Shown: one piece after another, positions 37,545 through 45,647 of the stretch
Position numbering within the stretch: position 1 is the first letter of the stretch
How the letters are laid out: each line of letters opens with the position of its first letter
Program-made: the position numbers and the translations under genes
Notes under the pieces: generated by a model
Database searches by the model: none
What the model was told of the DNA's origin: nothing
The model's input: the letters and a program-made list of their open reading frames with translations, nothing else
Assembly: GCA_965652265.1 (NCBI GenBank)
Contig: CBFGUT010000001.1
Location: 1 to 52,761 of the forward strand
Length of the DNA stretch: 52,761 nt
Direction: 5' to 3'
Source of the DNA: an uncultured Cellvibrionaceae bacterium
GTDB lineage: Bacteria; Pseudomonadota; Gammaproteobacteria; Pseudomonadales; Cellvibrionaceae

Positions 37545-38939
37545 TTATGGAAATACCCTATCCCGCCAGCCGCGGCGGTACTCGAACAGGTTGTCGATAT
37601 TCGCCGGGGTCACAGTCGCAAGCGCGGTGATCCCGTCGGGCATGGCGTGCCCCCACTGGGTCAAACACCAGGCCCCGCGAATGCTGCTGGCACTATCGTC
37701 AGCCACCATCACGGGCTGCTGCGGCCGCAGTTGCGCCAGCAAATGACACAAAAGAGGATTCTTGTGAGCGCCACCGCCAAACAAAATCGGCCCCCGGGCA
37801 TCGAGCAAGTCGAGCTGATAGTCCACCATTAGGACCAGATAGAGGGTCGCCAGTGCGGCGCCGGATTGTACCGGGCCAGTGATGCTGCCGGTTGACAGCG
37901 CATCCCCCACTGCTGGCTTCCCCTGAAAAGGGCCACTGCCCGCGACAAAGGGCGGGCAGGCGTAGACAGCGTCATCCACCACACGCTGCAGCGCCTCGGC
38001 GGTCACCGGATCGTCGACACTGGCGCCGGTGAGTTCGCATAATCGCTGGTATTCACGCCCACCCATAAAGCGCGCGCAAGCCAGGGGGTCGCCGAGGACG
38101 CTGACATTGGCCAGCATGTCCCGCTCCTCCCGCAGCCGTTCCAGTTTGCCCTCACTGCACATTGCCACCACCCAGGTGCCGGTCGAGATGACGGTGAAGG
38201 ACCCGGAGAGCCAGGCGGCGAGATAGCGGGCAAAACTGGCATTGGAATCGTGGACACCGGCGTACACTCGGCACTCGGCGGGCAAGCCCAACTCGCCGGC
38301 CAGCGTCGGCAGCACTGAGCCCACACTGCTGGTGGCGCCAATGAGAGGCGGCAACTTGGCCCCGATACCCAGTGTCACCACCAGTCTCGAATAACGGCGC
38401 CGCTCCGGCTCCCACAAATCCGTGTGACACCCCAGAGAGGTAACTTCCGAGACGGCGACCCCCGTGAGGCGGTAAACCCAATATTGCGGGTACAACATTA
38501 CCCAGTGCGCCGACCCAAAGGGACCGGGGAAGTGGTTTTTCAGCCACCACAGCTGGCGGCCAAGATTGAGACCCGCACCGAGCTCGGGAGAACGGGTGTC
38601 TTCATAGGCCGGGCGTACGGCCTCATAGCCGATATCGTCCGTCGCGATCGCGGGGTGCTCGTAATCCAGAGCCGGCAGTACCAGGTTACCGGATTCATCC
38701 AGCAGGAGAGCGCAGGCCCCGTGGGTGCTGACATTGATGGCGTGTATCTCAAAGTGCTGTGCAGCTTCGCGCAGGGTGTCGCGCAACCACTGCCAGATGC
38801 CCGCAACGTCAAAATGGGGATAAAGCCCGTCTTCGCTGACCTCATTGGCACAGACACGGGACCAGGCGAGACTGCCGTTGGCGTCGATCACATGAGCCTT
38901 GATATTGGTTTTGCCAATATCGAAGATAAATGTATACAT
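37545..38939 (-). CDS. rhaK: FGGY carbohydrate kinase, probable L-rhamnulokinase
   Basis: Start MYTFIFDIGKTN; STHGA, SLGCHTDLW, GVHDSNAS, STGTW and ARFMGGRE. Confidence 0.88.
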   Translation of the reverse strand: MYTFIFDIGKTNIKAHVIDANGSLAWSRVCANEVSEDGLYPHFDVAGIWQWLRDTLREAAQHFEIHAINVSTHGACALLLDESGNLVLPALDYEHPAIATDDIGYEAVRPAYEDTRSPELGAGLNLGRQLWWLKNHFPGPFGSAHWVMLYPQYWVYRLTGVAVSEVTSLGCHTDLWEPERRRYSRLVVTLGIGAKLPPLIGATSSVGSVLPTLAGELGLPAECRVYAGVHDSNASFARYLAAWLSGSFTVISTGTWVVAMCSEGKLERLREERDMLANVSVLGDPLACARFMGGREYQRLCELTGASVDDPVTAEALQRVVDDAVYACPPFVAGSGPFQGKPAVGDALSTGSITGPVQSGAALATLYLVLMVDYQLDLLDARGPILFGGGAHKNPLLCHLLAQLRPQQPVMVADDSASSIRGAWCLTQWGHAMPDGITALATVTPANIDNLFEYRRGWRDRVFP

Positions 38940-39251
38940 ACCGGCCTTTCCGCTGCGGGCCTTCATTATTCTGTGTGGCAAACGCGCAACGATTGTGGGA
39001 AGTCGTAGGATGCCCAGCTCAGGCAACCGCGCCAGAATGCCAACTGCCGACACTAGCGAACTATGACTACAAATGCAATAATTTGAATGTTTTTTACGAC
39101 TACAATGCCAACGGCGACATTCCCGCAATGGGCCCGCGCAAAAACGCCCGACCATCACGGGGACCCGAAAGTGTAAAAAAGCACTGAAAATTAACAGTTT
39201 GCACTAGATGGCAAACCCTTAGGGCAAGATGGTACCGGTAGCCATGAGCAC

Positions 39252-39280
39252 TTGATTTTAAGTAATTTAAGTCATAAACT
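39252..39280 (+). promoter_or_regulatory. Sigma70-like promoter of the candidate sRNA
   Basis: TTGATT (39252-57), 17-bp spacer, TAAACT (39275-80). Confidence 0.6.
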
Positions 39281-39287
39281 TTCATTT

Positions 39288-39379
39288 ACGATCATTACTG
39301 ATCGTTGTGGCGACCCTAGAGGTCTCAACACATATCCCCAGGATTATGTCTTGTGCCGGCGCTTTGCGCCGGTTTTTTT
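39288..39379 (+). ncRNA. Candidate trans-acting small RNA (~92 nt)
   Basis: Promoter upstream; two 5' hairpins; a single-stranded C/U-containing segment; terminator GCCGGCGC-TTT-GCGCCGG-T7. No convincing + strand CDS in the region. Confidence 0.62.
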
Positions 39380-39405
39380 ATACCTTGAGCAAGGGCGATA
39401 GCCGC

Positions 39406-39431
39406 CACCCGGGCAGGTGACTGCCCGGGTG
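39406..39431 (-). terminator. Hairpin ending the GH operon
   Basis: CACCCGGGCAG-GTGA-CTGCCCGGGTG immediately after the GH31 stop codon. Confidence 0.6.
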
Positions 39432-39432
39432 A

Positions 39433-41715
39433 TTACAGGGAGATATCCACTGTTACCGCTTCAGTAGTCTCCGTATTGACAATCAACAGCTGCTGCTCTT
39501 CACGATAGTCTAGCGGCGCAGGGGCGCCATTGACTCTCACTGACTTCGGCCTGGATTCCAGCACGACCTCAAACTGACGGGCGGGACTCATGGCGGGACT
39601 GGTAATGCGTACACTTTTAGCCTGCCGTTCCAAAGTGATGATCTTGTGTTTGTCGTCGTCGAGCATATCCACATAGGTAAAGCGGGATTGCGTGTTGTTG
39701 CCGCCCGGGAAGGTGTGAATTTTCAATACCGGCGCCGATTGCTGCCAGTGACGACTGTTGCCGGCGAACAAGTTACCCGTCACATACAGGCTGTTGTCTT
39801 TGACAAAGCGGGGTAGCTTATTGAGGGGTGCCTCGATCTTGACCCACTTGCCTCCCTTGTAGCGAACTGCGGCATTATCGAAATCCCGCCAGCGCCCCTC
39901 GGGAAGATAGACACGCCGCTCATGGGCAGGCTCGAAGACCGGGGCCACCAGTATGGCCTCACCCACATAGAAACTGTCCCAGATGTCGTAGGTATTGGCA
40001 TCATCCAGATGACGATAGGCCGGTGGCTGCATCAAGGTCCCCTTCTGCTCGCTGGTCTGAGCCAGTGAATACAAATAGGGAATCATCCACATACGGTCCT
40101 CGAGGATCGCGCGAAAGGCCGCTTGGAAATCCTCATCGTACTGCCAGGGCATGCGGTCGCGCCCTTCCCCGCCGGCGCCATCGAGCTTGATTTCAAACAG
40201 TCCAGTCATGCTGCCCGCCTGCATCCAGCGCAGATGCAAGTCTTCGGGTATATAACCTTCGCCCTGGTAACCGCCCACGTCCGTACCCCATACCGGGAAG
40301 CCCATAAAGGCGCTGCGCGCGGCATTGGCGAAATTGGCCCGCAAGCCCTCCCAGGTGGTGCGCGGGTCCCCCGCCCAGATAGCACTCAAGTAGGGTTGTG
40401 TGCGGTGAATGGCCGAGCGGGCAAAGGTAATTTGATCCTCGCCCCACACCGAGCGCAGGGCTTCATCGTGTACCCTGGCCATCAAGTAGGCATAGCGGTT
40501 GCGGCGCGCGGCAGGCGCGACTGAAGTATCGTGCCAGGCCTCACTGGTAGGGAAACGCTCGTCGGCACGATCCATTTTATGGCCCTTGACGCCGACACTC
40601 AGCTGTTTATCCACCAGCGACTGCTTAAAGCCCTCTACCGATTGCGGATCACTGAGGTCGATATAACTGAAGTCACCGGCCAAATGCCGGTTGAACGGTG
40701 TATCGCCAAAAAATGCCGGCGAAGTCCAGGTCATAAACTCCAATCCGTAATGATCGCGAATCCTGCCAATCCACTGTTCCGGGTTGGCAAACGCCTCGTT
40801 GAAATTCATCTTCGACCAGGCATGGGCACCATCGCTATAGGGGCGATCCACAAACCACGAGGTAAACGGCATACGCAGACTGGTCAGGCGCTCAATATCC
40901 GCCAGTATTTCATCCGCGCTTTCGTTGTGGTCGCGCCAACCGATGGGCCCCAGCCCCCACGCAGGCACTTTTTTGGGTGCGCCAATGACATCAAAGTAGG
41001 CGGCGTGAATCTCGGCACCATCGTCGCCGGGGAACAGATACCAGTCGAGTGTCCCTGTGTCGTGGTGTATACGGTGTTTGCCGTTGATAGCGATGTCATA
41101 AGTGCCCCGGGCAAAAGTGTCAAAGAAGGAACCATAGCCCAGGCTACTGATAAAAAAAGCGGAATAGGCAGAGGCGTAGTTTTCCTGAAAGGAAGCTTCC
41201 TCCGCCATCACATCCACCACAATCGTGCCGTTGCGCAAATCCGGGGATAAGCGGTTGTCGGGTTGCAGTGCCTCCGTCAAACCGAAGATATGATCCCTCA
41301 GGTCGGCCAGTTCCAGAGTAACCTGTCGTCCCCAACCGGGGGACGCATGCACACGAAAACCACCGTCTACCTGGCTAATGATCAAAGACGCCTGACGCGC
41401 CTCGTTATCTTCAACCGTACGATAAAATTCCACGCTGGGGGCAAAGCGCCCCATCAATTCAATGGCCTGTTCACTATTACTCACTATATTCCACTCAGTC
41501 GCCACCTGATAGTTGAACAGAATGTTCTGCATTTTCATGCGGGTTTGTTTGCCGGCGGACAACTCGAACTGTAACCGCCCTTCGCGGGTGTCCACGCGAA
41601 GCTGTGCATCGGCAACATTCAGGCTGGCGGTATTGGTCGCGAAGGCGGGCATCATCACTGCAGTGATCGTCATAATCGCCAGCAAACGAAGCGAGTCGGT
41701 AATATATCTAACCAT
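39433..41715 (-). CDS. GH31-family alpha-glycosidase, exported
   Basis: KGHKMDRADE nucleophile region, WAGD acid/base, WGTDVGGY, ILVAPV and VYLPEGRW. Start uncertain (41715 favoured; the ORF extends to 41754). Confidence 0.88.
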   Translation of the reverse strand: MVRYITDSLRLLAIMTITAVMMPAFATNTASLNVADAQLRVDTREGRLQFELSAGKQTRMKMQNILFNYQVATEWNIVSNSEQAIELMGRFAPSVEFYRTVEDNEARQASLIISQVDGGFRVHASPGWGRQVTLELADLRDHIFGLTEALQPDNRLSPDLRNGTIVVDVMAEEASFQENYASAYSAFFISSLGYGSFFDTFARGTYDIAINGKHRIHHDTGTLDWYLFPGDDGAEIHAAYFDVIGAPKKVPAWGLGPIGWRDHNESADEILADIERLTSLRMPFTSWFVDRPYSDGAHAWSKMNFNEAFANPEQWIGRIRDHYGLEFMTWTSPAFFGDTPFNRHLAGDFSYIDLSDPQSVEGFKQSLVDKQLSVGVKGHKMDRADERFPTSEAWHDTSVAPAARRNRYAYLMARVHDEALRSVWGEDQITFARSAIHRTQPYLSAIWAGDPRTTWEGLRANFANAARSAFMGFPVWGTDVGGYQGEGYIPEDLHLRWMQAGSMTGLFEIKLDGAGGEGRDRMPWQYDEDFQAAFRAILEDRMWMIPYLYSLAQTSEQKGTLMQPPAYRHLDDANTYDIWDSFYVGEAILVAPVFEPAHERRVYLPEGRWRDFDNAAVRYKGGKWVKIEAPLNKLPRFVKDNSLYVTGNLFAGNSRHWQQSAPVLKIHTFPGGNNTQSRFTYVDMLDDDKHKIITLERQAKSVRITSPAMSPARQFEVVLESRPKSVRVNGAPAPLDYREEQQLLIVNTETTEAVTVDISL

Positions 41716-41784
41716 AATAAAATTCCGAAAATATAGTGTCGCTTTCAGTAACAAAAAATTATGAATAGCCTGAAAAGGCTATCG

Positions 41785-42948
41785 CTATAAATCCATCACC
41801 GCATGAAACGCCGACTTTGGCTGATGCTCAGTGTCAAACAACAACGGAAAATCGGAACGCCCCGAATCAAATTCGGACAACCAGGTATTGTCATCCGCCA
41901 CACCCCAGAAGGTGACATTGGAAATCAGATCGCTGTTGCGTTTGAACATGGCGAACAACTGAGCGTAGCGTTTCGCCTGCTGGCGATCGAGTTCCGCGGG
42001 TATCGTGGCCGCCGTGTAAAAATCCTCTGGTTCATAAGGCTGACCGCCCACATAGAGTGACATGTCCAGTTCGGTAATCTGCACGTCCAGCCCCAGAGAA
42101 GCGTAGCGCTGAATAGCCGCCTCCAGGTTATCAATGCTCTGATAATGTGATTGATGCTCCGGGTCTGATGACAATACCGTTGCCACATGTGCCTGTAACC
42201 CCACACCGTGGACGGGCACGCCCGCCGCCAACAGTGATTTTAGCAGCTCATAAATAGCCTCGCGCCGAGCAGGCAAGTGATTGTAGTAATCGTTGTAAAA
42301 CAGCTTGGCCGCGGGATCCGCCGCATGGGCCGCATGAAAGGCCGCGGCAATATAGTCTTCACCGAGGGTACCGTACCACAAGCTTTTTTGATCGTCGGCC
42401 TCCTGCTCATGGGTACGCAGGCTGCCATCGTCCATGATCGCCTCATTCACTACATCCCACACATCCACCCGGCCCCGGTAATGCCCAACCACCGTCTCAA
42501 TATGGTCTTGCATGATAGTCAGGACGGCGTCCCCGCCGCGTGGCTGACCACTCTCGTCATAAAAAACCCAGTCCGGTGTTTGACGGTGCCACACCAGCGC
42601 ATGTCCGCGCACCGCCATCTCATTGGCTTCGGCAAAGCCGACTATATTGTCTGCATCGGTAAACGTATACTCGCCACGGCGAGGCTGAAGTGATTCAAAC
42701 TTCATTTCGTTTTCCGCCGTGATGCTGTTGAAGTGATGCGTGAGCAGGGCTTCGTGGGTTTGATAGGACTGGTGGTCCACCGCGGCGCCAATCAAAAAGT
42801 CATCGCTGAATTTGACTTTTAATTGACCGGTGGCGGCGGGTGGATTCTCTGTCGCCTCTATTGGCGATGGTGGATTATTATCTGAACAGGCAAGCAGCAG
42901 GCCGGTGGCCAGGGCTACGCCAATCAAGGGGGTCAATGGTATTTTCAT
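41785..42948 (-). CDS. GH10 endo-1,4-beta-xylanase lipoprotein
   Basis: Lipobox LLAC; TAENEMK, RGHALVWH, WDVVNE (acid/base), ITELD (nucleophile) and TFWG. Confidence 0.95.
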   Translation of the reverse strand: MKIPLTPLIGVALATGLLLACSDNNPPSPIEATENPPAATGQLKVKFSDDFLIGAAVDHQSYQTHEALLTHHFNSITAENEMKFESLQPRRGEYTFTDADNIVGFAEANEMAVRGHALVWHRQTPDWVFYDESGQPRGGDAVLTIMQDHIETVVGHYRGRVDVWDVVNEAIMDDGSLRTHEQEADDQKSLWYGTLGEDYIAAAFHAAHAADPAAKLFYNDYYNHLPARREAIYELLKSLLAAGVPVHGVGLQAHVATVLSSDPEHQSHYQSIDNLEAAIQRYASLGLDVQITELDMSLYVGGQPYEPEDFYTAATIPAELDRQQAKRYAQLFAMFKRNSDLISNVTFWGVADDNTWLSEFDSGRSDFPLLFDTEHQPKSAFHAVMDL

Positions 42949-45188
42949 CACAACTCCTGTTCGGGTAAAAAGCCTTCCGTCTTAACGCGCCACTGGTCGT
43001 TTTCGGGAAAGCCGCGGTTTGCACGGTCGGGATGCGTGGCCGCCATCTGTGCCACCGCCGCCAGCAGGGCGCCATTGGCGGGCAGATACACGGGCAGCCC
43101 CACTTTTTTCTGCGGGCAGTGTCCATTAACGTTGTAGTGATTGTTGTGAGCATCCATCAACAATGCATCGACCGCCATCTGTGGTTCCCCCAGCCGATTG
43201 GCGGTCATGGCGATCATCGGATAATCCCACCCCCAGATTCGCTCCTCAAAATCCCAGGTGTTCAACACGGCGTTCAACGTCTGCCGCATGACCACCGGAT
43301 CTACACGATCGTCGGCAATCAGTCCCCAGGTTCCCAGCATGGCCGGGTGATCGTTGCGGCTGTCCAGGTTGTCAAAGGTATCCGGAATGGATTCGATAGC
43401 CACATACTTGCCATCTTTTTGAGGCAGCGCCGCAAGCTTGTCGATCTGCTCGCGCCAAAGCGGATGGGGCTCCAACCCCAGGCGCTGCCGCCAGCGCTGA
43501 GCGGTCTGCAGACCGGTGTACCACAGGCCCAATTCGAAGGAGGGATTTTTGGATTCGGTGACCTCGTAATGCTCTTGCGCAATCCAGATGGGCGGATTGA
43601 GTGAGTAGCGCTGCTCTGACGCTTCCCAGGTCAACATGGACGACAGTGTCCGCGCCGTTTCATCCACCAGTTCGGCGTAACGCTGCAGAGTCTCGTCCGT
43701 GGGCTGGCGCTGATAAACCCGCTCCGCCAGCAGTATCGGTTGCGGCTGATTCCAGATAATCAGCGGGTTACCGCCGGGGCTCTCGCGACCATCAGGACCC
43801 ACCATCTTCGACCAGCGAGCGCCCTCCAGCCCTCTTTGGCGCGCGGTCTCCCGCGCCACTGAAAGATGCCGCACATACCAGTCGAGCAGGTTTTGCGTGT
43901 AGGTTTCGCGCCCCCACAGGGCCCAGTGAGCGCTGTGCCACCAACTCATTTCCGTGTGGAACTTGCCGTACCAGGAACTGCTGGTGAGGCCGGTTTCCTG
44001 CGCGGGTATTGACGCGCGTTCCTGGACAGCCATGAGATACTGGCTGAGCACTACCCGCCGCTCAAGCTCATGGGCTTGTACGGACTGACTGCCGCTGAAA
44101 TCAATGGCCGCACCGCTCTTCCAGAAGCTCCGCCAACCCTCCTGTGCCGACGCTGCGATAGTCGCAAAACGGTTCTCGGCATCGAGTGAAGGCCTGTCCT
44201 GACTGAAATGCACTGCCAGCGAAAATTCCCCAGTGTCGGGGTCGGCGGCGATCAGTTGCAGGCGGTATTGGTGAGCGTTCATTTTCTCCAGCGCCGCTTC
44301 TCCCTGCCAGTGCACCATGACCCAGTGACGGGCATCGTCCACCTCGCGAGCAAACAGTGCCACCTGCTCCCCACTGTGAGCCAATTGCGTGCGGTGAGCA
44401 GCGTCCTCCTGCCAGAGAATCGCCGGCGTATTCTTCACCGTCGGGTCATAACCGCGCGGGAACCCCAGAGTAACGCTGAGTTGTCCCCGATCCACCAATG
44501 TCGAGCGCAGGCTGAAGGCCACTTTGTCTTCGTCGCTGGCCACGGCACTCCGCACGCTCACGGCGCGGCCCTGCAGATGAAACTCGCTGGTCAACAGGCC
44601 GTCCCACAGGTCCAATTGCTGGGCAATCTGGTCCACTTGCTCGGGCACCAGTGGCTCCCTGTCGAGATTGAGCGCAATACGCGCCAGCGGCAAGTCGTGG
44701 GGGTTTTGGCGCAGCCATTGCCCGGCGGGGGAATCCATATCCGTGGGAAAAGTCACCTCGCGGCCGTAGGCCTGGTAGGTCTCGCTGGCGTCTTCCAGTC
44801 GGTAATTTTCGGGGTTAGGGCGACTGTGCCAGGCCCAGCGCGCCTTGGTTTCCAGCGGAGTACCCTGGCGAAAATAGATATCGGGAAAGCTTTGCAGCCC
44901 GGTGACGTCGGCAGTGAAAGCGAACTGGCCATTGCCCAGGGTAAAAGGCGACGCGGGCTCGAGGCTATTGAGCCGGGGGTTGTGCCGGCTGACCAGTGCC
45001 TGGCGGTCAATCGGCAAGTGAGCGGCTGGAGCGGATGCAGGCGTGGGCTCAAGATCGTCCGGCCCCGCGTCACTACAACCCCAGAGCGCAAGAATCATAA
45101 GCGCCCCCAGGGTCACGCCCAGGGTATCTGTAAGAGATGGCTTTGGCCGCCTAGGGGTCATCAGGTCGCTGTCTCTCATGTCAGCCAC
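42948..45188 (-). CDS. Uncharacterised six-hairpin (alpha/alpha)6 glycoside hydrolase-like lipoprotein (often labelled GH65-like)
   Basis: Lipobox LWGC; DRQALVSRHNP, LGNGQFAFTAD, SWYGKFHTEM, WGWDYP and YLPANG. Start uncertain. Confidence 0.78.
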   Translation of the reverse strand: MADMRDSDLMTPRRPKPSLTDTLGVTLGALMILALWGCSDAGPDDLEPTPASAPAAHLPIDRQALVSRHNPRLNSLEPASPFTLGNGQFAFTADVTGLQSFPDIYFRQGTPLETKARWAWHSRPNPENYRLEDASETYQAYGREVTFPTDMDSPAGQWLRQNPHDLPLARIALNLDREPLVPEQVDQIAQQLDLWDGLLTSEFHLQGRAVSVRSAVASDEDKVAFSLRSTLVDRGQLSVTLGFPRGYDPTVKNTPAILWQEDAAHRTQLAHSGEQVALFAREVDDARHWVMVHWQGEAALEKMNAHQYRLQLIAADPDTGEFSLAVHFSQDRPSLDAENRFATIAASAQEGWRSFWKSGAAIDFSGSQSVQAHELERRVVLSQYLMAVQERASIPAQETGLTSSSWYGKFHTEMSWWHSAHWALWGRETYTQNLLDWYVRHLSVARETARQRGLEGARWSKMVGPDGRESPGGNPLIIWNQPQPILLAERVYQRQPTDETLQRYAELVDETARTLSSMLTWEASEQRYSLNPPIWIAQEHYEVTESKNPSFELGLWYTGLQTAQRWRQRLGLEPHPLWREQIDKLAALPQKDGKYVAIESIPDTFDNLDSRNDHPAMLGTWGLIADDRVDPVVMRQTLNAVLNTWDFEERIWGWDYPMIAMTANRLGEPQMAVDALLMDAHNNHYNVNGHCPQKKVGLPVYLPANGALLAAVAQMAATHPDRANRGFPENDQWRVKTEGFLPEQEL

Positions 45189-45647
45189 TCTTTATTATCG
45201 GTCAATGGAAACGACTTCATTACTGGGCGTAGCCTTGGCCGCGCCGGATCAGCGCCCTACCCTACCACTCAGCTATACGCAAAATCAATCATTTACGTCA
45301 ACCGCTCTATCAGCTCGGGCACATTTGCCAATCTCCTCCTTTTTTCGGGGAATCCCGGCAATATTGCCTACAAAACCTCCAAAAAAGCAGTTTAACCAAC
45401 CAAAATCAAGAACCCCCCTCTTCAAAAGATCAAAAAAACACCAACCGGCAACGCTGTCATATTAATCATTCTTGACCACGTTTGATTTAAAATGTATTTT
45501 CTTGGTGTTATTTTGATTGGATGTGACACCTTATGCATTCTCCTGGGTGTTAAATTGCCAGGTCATGAGCGCCGCTCCATCAATCCATTACTGGTTTCTT
45601 TAAACGGCGTTGCAGGTTGCGCCAGTATCAATAAAAGGAAGACGATA

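Noticed and set aside
36242-37630. 462-aa plus-strand ORF (similar cases at 29296-30654 and 44208-45395)
   Set aside because: Antisense shadows of well-supported genes with atypical composition.
38940-39158. N-terminal extension of the kinase ORF (also extensions of acnA, acrA, acrR and both TonB receptors)
   Set aside because: Family motifs, signal peptides and RBSs point to downstream starts; the extensions run through promoter DNA.
38930-39285. Small ORFs 38930-39187 (+) and 39100-39285 (-)
   Set aside because: No convincing RBS or homology cues; they do not explain the promoter-terminator unit at 39252-39379.
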